Assembly: GCA_002269645.1 (NCBI GenBank)
Contig: NIVC01004209.1
Coordinates: 1 to 55,052 of the forward strand
Length of the DNA: 55,052 nucleotides
Reading direction: 5' to 3'
Source of the DNA: Macrostomum lignano
Lineage: Eukaryota
In this document: in pieces, positions 24,393-36,694 of the stretch
Layout of the letters: the number at the start of each line of letters is the position of its first letter
Position numbering within the stretch: the stretch's first letter is position 1
The notes under the pieces: generated by a model
What the model was told of the DNA's origin: nothing
The model's input: only the letters and a program-made list of their open reading frames with translations
The model's database searches: none
Made by a program: the position numbers and the translations under genes

Positions 24393-27300
24393 TTAGTCTC
24401 CAGTCAGCACCTCTGGGTACACCACGTTCCTCGTCTTAGTTCCAGAAGTACGGACACGACATTAGCAGCGTTCCTCGCTCGCGACAGAGCCGTATACAGC
24501 TGGCCATGAGTGAAGCAACCGACAGCGAGGTCCACGCCAACTGTGTCCAGAGACTGTCCCTGCGACTTGTGGATCGTCAGGCAGAAGCTCGGCTTCACAG
24601 GGAACTGCAGCCGCTTGAAACTGACGGGGAGGTCCGCATTGCTTGGAATCAGCGGGATTCGCGGCAGAAGAATCTCGTCTCCCGTGAACTGGCCGCGGCA
24701 ATCTTGCATCTAAGCACGTTCTCGCCCATCGCGAGTATGATGAGCCGCGTACCATTGCACAATCGTGGCGGGTTGATGTTCCTGAGAAGAACTACTGGCA
24801 TACCCTCCTTTAGCCTCAGCAAGTGAATCGGAAAGTTCGGGGCATCCAGCTGGTTGAGCAACTCAGGCGGGAAGTGCGTAGCGGCATCCTCATCGGCCAC
24901 AGTGTCTATCGAGCGGTACTCCCGCAGGCTTCCGGGGAACATGCCCAGACACGTCTCATTGATGGCATCCACTGAGTCATTGTAAGGCGCCAGGATCGCT
25001 CGGCTTGCAAAGTAGCTGTCTCTCTCCACTGGTTCTTCAAACGATGGGTACACAAAATTGATTAGATCAGTGAGAGGCCCTTCCGCAGAAATCACGATCT
25101 CGGCTGGCAGAGACACTTTCTCCTCCGCATCCTGCTTCATTGTTCCGGATCCGATCTGTGGAGGGTTAAAATGTCGAATATTTCATAACCTATACACACT
25201 TTTAAGCATAGACATTCCTAAATGACGCAAACTTAAAAAAATTGAGCTCAAAAACAAATCCGCGTCTAGTGTATCATTGTCAATCATTTAATAAACTGAT
25301 GAAATCAGACTTACCTGCTTGAGTAGCTCGGTGTACATCTGATACGCTACAGAATCGGAACTGCTCAGCATCCGGATGTTTCTCGTCAGGCGATGCCGTT
25401 GGAAGTATTTCCACAGTGAGGATCCGCTAACACACGCCATGACGCTGTTAGCACGAGTCCCATGCACCACAACGGGTAGGAGCTGCCGGAAGTCACCAGC
25501 GCACACAAACACCAGTCCGCCGAATGGCAAGTCCTGCTTCCGCACATCTCGCAAGCACCGATCGACCGCCTCCAAATCCTTCCGGTTTGTCATAGAAATC
25601 TCGTCCCACACAATTAGACGCGCTGTGCGAAATACAGCAGCTTGTTTGGACTGCACTCCAACAGCGCACACGTCCTTGTTTGAGCGTAATACCCGAATTG
25701 GTATCTTGAACCTGACATGGACAAATTTGGGTATCATTCAGCAGAGGAAGTATTCACATATTTACTTGTTTAATTATTCGTAAGTTACCAATAATTTACA
25801 AATTATATATAAACAACTCACGTGGAATGCGCAGTTTGTCCACCTGGCAACAGAGTCGCTGCGATTCCAGAAGCCGCAACGGCGAGGGCGACTTCCCCCC
25901 GGCTGCGCACGAAGGCCAGCAAAACCTCCAGTAGGAAGGTCTTGCCAGTGCCAGCGGGCGCGTCCAGGAAGTGCAAGCCGCCGTTGCCGCTCACAAGATC
26001 CTGAGTCACTGACTCGTACACCGCTTTCTGCTCGTCTGTCAGCATTGGTAAGCGCGCCTCAGTAATCTGCGCTTGCTCGACCGCATCGAACTGCATCGGT
26101 CCAACTTGAGGCATCGCGGATGCCGCAGGCAGGCCGTAATCTGGCAGGTTGTTCCCGCCCATGGAGGTCAGCATGCTCTGCAGCTCGCGCAGCGCCAGGT
26201 CAGTAATCTCCTCGGTGCTCAAGTCTCGGTGATGAAACCGCAGGTCCTCGCACATATCCTCGGCAAAGCTGCACCAGAGGTCGTTGCCATCATCAGGGTC
26301 ACCCCATATGAGAATGACAGCCAGAAGGTGTGTCTCAGGGCTCTTGGCATTCTTGACTGAACGGCCTCAGCTAGGCACCGCCGCCAGTGGTCATCTCGCT
26401 GCAACAGGCCAAGTGCCATGCAAGCAGCCTTGGCGCTGGGATGCACAACGCCGTCCACGGTCTGCAGCGCCTCGAAGCTGGTTGGTCCCTTGACTCGCAA
26501 AAGGAGCATGCGAACATAAAATAAATCACCAGTTCTTGGGCTCACCGTGTACATGCGTGCAACGTTTGTGTTCCGCACTACACCCGGGTGGCCATCGACT
26601 TTCGCGCCTCGCTTCGCCCGCCGCCACACTCTTTCACTGGCATGCCACACGAAGTAGGACGGCACCTCCGTGTAGAGCAAGGACCGAGCAAACTCGTCAG
26701 TACGACACAGCTTGAAAAATGCCGTCAACGTAGAGAGTCCCTCGGCGTCCTGGCTCTAGCACTTGCGGTCTGCTCGTTGAAATACACGAGCTGCTCCTCC
26801 GACTTGTGAACGCAGAGCCGGATGACCGCCGGAAATCTGTCGTGCACCTGATCAGAAGGTGGGAGAGAAATAATCACTTTCAAGTTTTTCCGGATACAAA
26901 AAGCCACAGCTTTGCAATATTTAAAATTTAAAATATTTATTACTTCAAAGCCCAAAATTGTATTCACAGCTTCCATTGGGCCAATGTAGCGCGCAGACAG
27001 ATACTCCTTGATTTCATCACGCGGCCTCTCTCCATCGTTTGCCGCTACCGTTTGTGCCGGCTGCTGACTACCCGCACTCTGCTCTGTCTCTTCAGCAGAA
27101 TTCTGATTGGCATTGACTTTGAACGTGGCCATGTCGCCGCCCTTCAGCAAGTACTTGATCACGTACTTGACCGACTTCACAGTGGCACAAACTTCAACGT
27201 TCATGTGGCACCCAAACTGGAGCAACAGTTCAGGGCTATAAGGCACAACCCACCTGTGTTTTAAGGAAAAAAGCATTGTCAAACGTTTCCAACACAAAAT

Positions 27301-30300
27301 ACAAGAGGCACCTAATACTCATGACTCGCCTGTTGTCCATGCGAATGCTCCGGCCTTTGAACAGTTTGTTCACTGTATATCCACCCATCTCAGGCGACAG
27401 TCTGCGGTACAGTGGGTAGCCAGTATCGCTGGTCAGCGTCACCTGCTGGAACTCCTTCGGAAAGCCCTTGCTGCACTCGCCATTCTCCATGCACGGGCAC
27501 GCTGGATTGTCCTTGCCGCAGGGGCCATGGATCATGTGCGTCTTCACCAGCTCATACAGCACAGGCTGCTGCTGTGGGTCCGGAATCTCGGCAGACACGA
27601 TGTCATCGTATCGGTCCGGAGTCACCCGCTGGCCACTCGCGAGCCACAGCAGAAAGTGCACATGGGGGAGACCTGGATTATCAAGAAAAGTATCAAGATA
27701 TCTTTCAATCCAATTATCCAATTTGTATCGAATTTGCATCACAGAAACCCACCTATATTTAGTATCTTTAATAACGATATAACGATATAAATTTCATAAA
27801 ACTTAATACTCAGACTTGCACTCACCACGCTTTTGGTACTCTAGCGAACAGACGTGCGCGGCCTCTTTCCCATAGCGCTTGGTCAGCTGGGCCAGCAGAG
27901 CTTTCTTCTTCATTTCAAAGACTCGGCTAACAATGTCCGGCCGGTCTTCTGCCCGCTGTCCAGGCAGAAGCTGAGCGCTGATCTCCGGCCATTTCGGATT
28001 GCATGTTGCCGTGACAAACAGGTCCGGCTTACCAAACTTGTGAACATAGGTCATAGCGTCCTGCAGCCTCTCCATCAGGTACCTTGGCCCGCCAACGAAG
28101 CTCGAAGACAGAAGCACATGCGCGGGCTTGCCTATGTCACTCGGATCTCTGTCGGTACACCTGCCATCAGCTGCAAACAGAGCGTCCCGCAGACCGCTGT
28201 ACGTCTCGCTGCGCAGGTCCTGCTGATGGGTCCGCAAATACAGCAGCCTCTCTGCCTCAATCTTGGCACACATGTCCACCAGGTACTGCTGAAATAATCT
28301 TCGGCCATAGTGCAGCACACTGAACTGGCCCGCTCGCACCATGATTTCGCTCGCATAGTATTTCATGGGCGTCAATTTCTTGCCATTACTCATCCGCAAC
28401 TCTGGGTGCCAGCCGTCCTCGCCATTCGGGAACAGCAGCACATACTCCAGCGGGTCGTATGAGCGGTGCGTCTCACTGATTCGCTGAGAACCGCCACCAC
28501 GCAGTTGAATCACGACGTCCCGACTGGCCGGTACGTCCTCATTGTCCTCAACGATCAGGATACCGACCTCATTTGCCGTAGGCAAGTTGTAGCGCCTGAT
28601 TTCGAACGGAGTTTGTGGGATACAAATTCTGTACAAACTGAATCACTTATTACGCTTGTTTGCGAGTGCGAGTTACAATCAAAATCATAATTTCATTTTA
28701 CTTTCGCTTTCGTTTACATTTTTAAGCTTCGTTAAAACAAACACTAACTTACCGAATGTGTTCCCCAGATGGTCGACGGTCAGGGTGAATCACAATTCGC
28801 GCATCTCCCAGCTCCGGGTCTTGGCTAATTCGCTCAGCAGCAGCCTTCAGGCTGCGGACATAGCCGTTGCACTCGTGAAGCAGCGTCTGCAGCAGCTCCG
28901 GTAGCTCTGGCTTCACCTTCTGGCTGAGACTCTGGCGGCTTTCAAGTTCGCGATCGTTGAAATACACCTGCCATCCCTGAGCTTCAGCTGAAGCCTCTGC
29001 AAACAGCGGCGCCGTGCGGTGATGCATCTGGCCGCTGATGATGAAGCTGGGACACCAGCCTGGCACCAACCGCAGTTTGGCACCCAGCGATGTCAGGTGC
29101 AGCGCCGAGTTGTAGCTCCTGATGTTGGCCAGGAACGCGGCACTGAATCTGTGCCGACCCATGTACAGATTCGCCAGCACTTGAGGCACGGTGCGGCTGG
29201 GCAACTTCACCTTACCTTTGGCGCAGCAGAAATTCCTGGTTTCTGCCCGCCAGAGTAGAGCACCGCATTTATTGCATGCCCTATTCATTGGGCCGCAATC
29301 ATGGGCCGGGTCCTCTGGCCTCGGTATTCTGTCAGGCCTGCGATCGAGTTATATGCATGCCCAAAATGGTTACTATTGTAACAATATAGACACCCAAAGT
29401 TTATAAAATGTAAAATGTAAATATAAAAACTACAATATAAAAAATTACACTGACCAGCAGCACAAATAAGCCTACCTAATTTGAGCAGATCCTGCATCAG
29501 AACGACCCGCACCAAAATGGCCTGAATCGGACAGATCTGCCCTCTGCTCCGTTAAACTCGGCGCCTCTGCATCTGCAACGGGCTCAGAAACTGGCAGTGG
29601 ATCAGTCACGCGCAACGACTCATAGTGCTCATGACGTAAAAGGATACGCACAATTGCAGTGGGTGGCTGCACAGTGGACATGCAGTGCTGCAATACACTG
29701 CCATTTGCCTGATAAATAACCAGGTCAACATTGAAAAAGCGGCTTAAAAGTGGCACAACTTCATCTGGAACATAGGTGCCCTCAGAAAAAGACTCATTAA
29801 TTATAGAATCTGCATTCTCCGGTAAAACAAAGCCTTCTTCAATCAATTCTGGCATTACCTGCACTGCACGACACGTCAGCTCCTGCCTTAAAGATGCCGC
29901 ATTAGTCTCAAGCGGAGTGCCCTGCAACTGGTCACAGACTGCATGAAAAAAGCAATTCCCATCACCAGGGATCCGAACAACACTTAGCGTATCGAATGGT
30001 ACCACAGCTCGTGTGGCCAACTCACCACTACCAAACCTGAAAGATTGAAATTATATTTAGAAGACTCTGAAAAGCTTATTGTCACATAAAAAAACTCTGA
30101 GAAACCAGAAACACATTCCTACAAATACAGATTCTTAGAAACGTTTCTTGCAATTCAGATTCATAGAAATACAGATTCTTAGAAACACATTCCTATGCAA
30201 TTTACAGATTCCTAGAAATGCTTTCTTACAAAAACAGCATTAGATTAGAAAACCTTTCCTACAATCCTACAATTACAAATTCTTAGAAACGGTTCTTAGA

Positions 30301-30943
30301 AATGCAGATACTTAGAAACACATTATTGCAAATACGGATTCTTAGAAAACCTTTCTTACAATTACAAATTCTTAGAAACGTTTCTTAGAAAGGCAGATTC
30401 TTAGAAACACATTACTATGCAATATCCAATCCAAATATACTAAATCTCTAATATTTCATTTCATAATATTTCATAATATTTCATTAATGTTTCATGAGTA
30501 TAGTGTCATGAGTAAAAGCTTCATAAAACTCACCTGGAAACCGAAGCTCCACGGCGACGAATCTGCTCGGCTTCTAGTCGGGCAGCTCGCTCAGCCTCAG
30601 TCTCGGCGTCTCTGCGCTGAGCATCCCGCTGCCGTTGCTCTCCCAGTCGTGCAGCTCGCTCAGCCTCAGTCTCGGCGTCTCTGCGCTGAGCATCCCGCTG
30701 CCGTTGCTCTCCAAGTCGTGCAGCTCGCTCAGCCTCAGTCTCGGCGTCTCTGCGCTGAGCAACCCGCTGCCGTTCTTCCTCTAGTCGGGCAGCTCGCTCA
30801 GCCTCAGTCTCTGCGTCTCTGCGCTGAGCAACCCGCTGCCGTTCTTCCTCCAGTCAGGCCTCGCGATCAGCCTCCGATTCAGCCTGTCGCCGTCGCTTGG
30901 CATCGCGACTCTTCTTTAAACTGCTGGCACCGCGTCGAACCAT
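24393..30943 (-). pseudogene. Helitron OTU-Rep-Pif1 helicase (RepHel) gene, 9 exons, ~1720 aa when corrected; disrupted as assembled
   Basis: Exons (-): 30943-30534, 30036-29476, 29337-28753, 28595-27826, 27672-27330, 27253-26944, 26847-25822, 25711-25315, 25155-24393. Domains: 22-aa E/R/A repeats; OTU (IPGDGNCFFHAV...LRHEHYESL); Cys cluster CNKC..CC; Rep motifs KPDLFVTATC, EYQKRG|LPHVH (HUH), YVIKYLLKG (Y2); Pif1 motifs APAGTGKT, IVWDEISM, GDFRQLLPV, TIHKSQGQS, HGQLYTALSR. In-frame TGA at 30854-30856 and four frameshifts (about 26733, 26330, 24695, 24460). Confidence 0.9.
30095..30420. repeat. Degenerate ~23-bp repeat (cagattcttagaaac...) in RepHel intron 1
   Basis: Recurrent attcttagaaa motif. 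Confidence 0.75.
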
Positions 30944-31504
30944 ATTTATAGTATTTATAGTATAGTATAGAATACTAAAAAAGTAATAGTAATAGAATAG
31001 TAATAGAATAGTAATAGAATATTAGAGTAGTAAATAGTAATAGAATAATAGAATAATTGAATATAGAATGGAATGCTTGAAATGATAGGAGAGTTTTTAG
31101 CAGATTGAGTTGAATGTCTTAAGAATCAGATATAACCAAACTTAATAGCAAGTTATTTATCAGGTCCTAGGGCTAGGCTATTGTTGTAAATAAAAACTAA
31201 AAAATCGATAAGACAGATAAAACAGAGTCGGTGTGGGCTCTCCAGTCCATGTGTGTACATTCGGAAGCGGAGGGCTAAAAATGTACACTGGCCTGCCTCA
31301 AGATTGAGGGGGTAAGGGTTTGGGGTAGGAAGCAAGGTCGGCACAGTCAAGCCCGAATTTCAACTTTTAATTGGTCTCAGGTCTGTGCAATAATATTGGC
31401 AGTACGAGCAATTATCTAGCTGACAATGGGGTGCACAGAGCTCTGAAATCACAATCACAAAAATATCACAATGACAAAAATTATTGATTGAAAATTGATT
31501 TTTA

Positions 31505-33435
31505 CATTACGTCATACAAAAAATCATAGAAGCGTCATGTAAATGTAAACAATCATAGAAGCGTTATATAAAAATCATAGAAGCTTCTATTCTATGAAGC
31601 TATCTCTATCTATAACGATGAAGCTGGATTTTTACCTGACGCTTCTATGATTGTTTACATGACGCTTCTATGATTTTTTGTATGACGCTTCTATGATTGT
31701 TTACATGAAACTTCTATGATTTTTTTAAATGACGCTTGTATGATTTTTATATGACGCTTCTATGATTGTTTGCATGACGCTTCTATGATTTTTTTAAATG
31801 ACGCTTCTATGAGTTTTATATGACGCTTCTATGATTTTTACATGACGCTTCTATGCTTTTTACATGACGCTTCTATGCTTTTTACATGACGCTTCTATGA
31901 TTGTTTACATGACGCTTCTATGATTGTTTACATGACGCTTCTATGATTTTTTACATGACGCTTCTATGATTTTTAACATGACGCTTCTATGATTGTTTAC
32001 ATGACGCTTCTATGATTTTTTACATGACGCTTCTATGATTGTTTACATGACGCTTCTATGATTGTTTCATGACGCTTCTATGATATTTTACATGACGCTT
32101 CAATGATTGTTTACATGACGCTTCTATGATTTTTTACATGACGCTTCAATGATTTTTTGTATGACGCTTCTATGATTGTTTACATGACGCTTCTATGATT
32201 TTTTACATGACGCTTCTATGATTCTTTACATTTACATGACGCTTCTATGATTTTTACCTGACGCTTCTATGATTGTTTACATGACGCTTCTATGATGCTT
32301 CTATGATTTTTTTATGACGCTTCTATGATTTTTACCTGACGCTTCTATGATTGTTTACATGACGCTTCTATGATTGTTTACATGAAACTTCTATGATTTT
32401 TTTAAATGACGCTTGTATGATTTTTATATGACGCTTCTATGATTGTTTACATGACGCTTCTATGATTGTTTACATGACGCTTCTATGATTGTTTACATGA
32501 CGCTTCTATGATTGTTTACATGACGCTTCTATGATTGTTTACATGACGCTTCTATGATTGTTTCATGACGCTTCTATGATTGTTTACATGACGCTTCAAT
32601 GATTGTTTACATGACGCTTCTATGATTTTTAACATGACGCTTCTATGATTTTTTTAAATGACGCTTCTATGATTGTTTACATGACGCTTCTATGATTTTT
32701 TACATGACGCTTCTATGATTGTTTACATGACGCTTCTATGATTGTTTCATGACGCTTCTATGATATTTTACATGACGCTTCAATGATTGTTTACATGACG
32801 CTTCTATGATTTTTTACATGACGCTTCAATGATTTTTTGTATGACGCTTCTATGATTGTTTACATGACGCTTCTATGATTTTTTACATGACGCTTCTATG
32901 ATTCTTTACATTTACATGACGCTTCTATGATTTTTACCTGACGCTTCTATGATTGTTTACATGACGCTTCTATGATGCTTCTATGATTTTTTATGACGCT
33001 TCTATGATTTTTACCTGACGCTTCTATGATTGTTTACATGACGCTTCTATGATTGTTTACATGAAACTTCTATGATTTTTTTAAATGACGCTTGTATGAT
33101 TTTTATATGACGCTTCTATGATTGTTTACATGACGCTTCTATGATTGTTTACATGACGCTTCTATGATTGTTTACATGACGCTTCTATGATTGTTTACAT
33201 GACGCTTCTATGATTGTTTACATGACGCTTCTATGATTGTTTCATGACGCTTCTATGATTGTTTACATGACGCTTCAATGATTGTTTACATGACGCTTCT
33301 ATGATTTTTAACATGACGCTTCAATGATTTTTTACATGACGCTTCTATGATTGTTTACATGACGCTTCTATGATTTTTACATGACGCTTCTATGATTGTT
33401 TCATGACGCTTCTATGATTTTTTACATGACGCCTT
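31505..33435. repeat. 23-bp minisatellite M7 (catgacgcttctatgattgttta) with inverted left edge and ~680-bp higher-order duplication
   Basis: Tandem array; copies at about 31508-31585 are reverse-complemented; variant units recur at a 679-680 bp offset. Confidence 0.95.
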
Positions 33436-36094
33436 TTGTCCTTTATTTGTCCTTGAATAAAAGCTTTTAATAAAAAACTTTTCACTACTAAGATTCGAAC
33501 CCAGGTCGCTGCATTTGCAGTCCAGTCTGTTCACATCTAGGCTAGCTCTTATCGAATTTATAAATGAAATTGTAGCACTTATATAATTCAACACTCACTC
33601 ACGAAGCAGTTATGACATAATCAATTTCACAGGCAAGTCAGTATCAGTCTCAATTAAAGTTGAGAATATGGTTACGCAATCTAAATCAAGTCTGGTGCTA
33701 CGCTTCCACACTGCATTTTCAATTCAAGTTGGAGTTACAATTCAGTTGTGATGCAATCTATTTCAGAATCAGAATTCAACCAGTCAGTTTTTTCTCTAGC
33801 ATTATTACAATGCATTTCAAGTCGAAAAGTTTGCTTGACCTTTGCAAAAAAGCATGTTTTTCGAATATTTAATCGCTTTAACATGGAGCAATTTCTTAGC
33901 CAAGATGCATGTACCGTCACGGGAAAATTTCTGATCGAATAGTGCAAGTTCGAAGAAAATCGGTCCAGCCATTTTTTCTCTAATCGATTGCGTACAAACA
34001 AGCAAGATTTTCATTTTTAGTATATAGGACTAGCAATCTTCGCCCCCCGTTGGGGGACATCTGTATAGAATCTCTGTTCTCTACAAGTATCAAAAAGATA
34101 GCGAAATATAGCCTTCACAAAGAAAACAGACAAAATACTCAAATGAAGTGCAATGCAAAAAGAAATCATCGCAAGACAGCAAGCATCCCCCACATAGCAA
34201 GCATCCCCCAGATTGCAAGCATCCCCCGAATAGCAAGCATCCCCCAGATAGCAAGCATCCCCCAGATAGCAAGAATAAGCCGAATAAGCAAGGGACAAAT
34301 TGAAAGGTTTTCCTAAATTTTCCTATTGTTACATATTAAATACGTTTGTACTCACAAAAGTATTGCTATTATCTCTGCGATTCTTGGTTGCTATTATCTC
34401 TTTGTGATTTTTATTAGAATTATATAGCATAAAAATTACACATTTCATGCACATTTGTACAAAGCAATGTAACATCCGTAAGAATGCAGTATTAGTATTT
34501 AAACAAAGATAAATAGACTTGCCACACAGAAAGTAAGGTTTATCTGTGAAGAAATAAAAATGATAAGTTAAGGCATTTTTAAACAGTAACCTAGAGATTA
34601 GTCATTTTTTACATACACATTGGTTGATGACAACTCGCACTGAAATTAATTTGAGCCGAAAATTGTTGTTTTTATAATAATGCCCTACTATGACCATACA
34701 TACAGAATAAACTGCATGACGCGTACTAAAACGAACAATATTACGCCTGTTTTATCTGTTTTAAGGACCACTGCAGTGGTCCTTAAAACAGATTTTATGA
34801 AAAGTTACAATGACAAGAACAAATAGATGTTGCTTCTTGAATCTTGATTTAATACATATACATAAAAATCTTCAAAGTGTCTTTCACTTTACATATCAAA
34901 TCTCCATTTTAAGTCAATTTAATAATTGATAAGCCTAGTAGCTAAATTCAGTGGTGACTGCAAATCGTACGAAAACTGATATCAGTAATGAAGGACTTAA
35001 AAGGGCCTCGATTATTTCTCACTGTTGACTGTTATCTTTTATTGGTTTTATAATTTCAAAAATGTGCAGCAGCAAAAGAATATTAATTGGTGTATTTTTA
35101 TGGGAATATTATCCATTCAACAGCTCAATTTGACTTTATTGAATACATACTCATATCAACTATGCTGCTTTACTAATACATTGTTAAACAGTACCACCAA
35201 AATGTTGAATTCGTCCATTTTCTCTGTCCTTATTTGATTGATTAGTCTACTTATAGATTATATTTTCCATAAAAAATACATACACCAAAATTTAAAGACT
35301 TTATGCGATAATTAAGCTATCGCAGTCCATTCCTGCCAATACCAATAAAAGTGACTTCCAAAGTTATTACTTATTAGTAGTGTCCGAATCAGAATAAACT
35401 ATATTAACACAAAAAATGCATGAGAAACAAAAAGTAAATTTCGGCAGTTTTGGCCAATAAATAAATAGAATTCTTGTGAACGAAGGCCGAAATGAAGAGT
35501 GAATTTCGTTAAATTACATTCACCAACAAGACAACTCCGAATATTTAGCACAATATTTCTTTGCACACATGCCTTGTATGATGTTCTTGCAAAAGGCTTA
35601 CCAACAAGATAGCCCATTGCACAATTTATATACATTTAATTATTTTTGTGATTTATTATATTTAATTATCTGTTTTGACATGTTTATGTTTGACGCGGTG
35701 GCTGTTTTATGTACGACATGGTGGCTCTTTAGTGTTTGACATGGCGGCTCTTTTATGTTTTGCATGGTGCCTCTTTAATGTATGACATTGTGGCTCCTTT
35801 TGTTTGACGAACCAAAAAAACCAAAAGACTCGTTATTAAAACGGATTTATCATAAGACAAAGAGCCTCTTTGCAGCAAAAATGATTAGCTACTTTACTTA
35901 AATTTGCCTGGTGCTTCTAACTAAGCATTTTAGTCGTAGTTTAACTTACTTAATCACTTAATCAAATTTTTATTTATTTTTTAATCAATTTTTTACTTAA
36001 TCAAATACTTAACCTAGTTAACAGCACAAATAGTTATAAATAGTCAAAATACAAATAGTCAAATAGTTAACAGCACAGAAATTAAAAAAATGAT

Positions 36095-36694
36095 TCATTC
36101 TTCAACGACAGTGCTGCGGCTGCGGCTGCGGCTGCGGCTGCGGCGGCGAGGTAGGTCTCTGCATTCTGCCGCGATGTGGCCGCGCCGCAGGCAGAATCTG
36201 CAGAGTCCAACTGTGAAAAGAAAGCGATTAGATTTGTCAATATTAGTTTTGACGTATATTCACTTCACACGAAATGAGTGGTCAAACGAAAACTGATTTA
36301 GTCAAAACTACCCCTCTAAACAAACTCGTAATACAATTAACTTACGTGCGCGCATTTCGTCTCTCACAAATCGAGTTCTCGCCGAGCGCGAGAACAGCTG
36401 CAGTTGATGCTGCTGCTGTTGCTGTTGCTGTTGCGATTGTTGTTGTTGCTGTTGTTGTTGTTGCAGTTGTTGTTGCTGCTGTTGTTGTTGCTGCTCCTCT
36501 TGCTGTTGCTGCTGTTGCTGCATCGGCCAGGGTGCCGGTGGGAGAATGGGGGGTGGGTATGGGTTGGGATAGGGCATCCCAGTAGATGGGGGGGGATAAA
36601 ATACACCAGGAAATGGATAGGGATAGGGATAGGGATAGGGATACGGATAGGGATTGGGATAACTTAGGTAGGGATTACTTAGGTACGGATTCAT
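36095..36694 (-). CDS. Small PY-rich / polyQ / CCHC zinc-knuckle / RS protein (ZK2), 2 exons, 154 aa
   Basis: Exon 1 36694-36346 (NPYPYP repeats, polyQ, ...DEMRA), phase-1 intron GTAAGT...ACAG, exon 2 36210-36095 (LGLCRFCLRRGHIAAEC = CX2CX4HX4C, RRRSRSRSRSRS, stop). Confidence 0.75.

Larger units (their letters stand above)
18083..34029 (-). mobile_element. Full-length autonomous-type Helitron E6 (~15.9 kb): OTU-RepHel gene plus RPA/zinc-knuckle cassette
   Basis: 3' CTAG 18083-18086 plus hairpin gccccccgttggggagc. 5' TCCTATATACTAAAAATG at 34029 with the ATGGCTGGACCGATTTT subterminal motif. RepHel gene inside, same strand. Confidence 0.8.
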
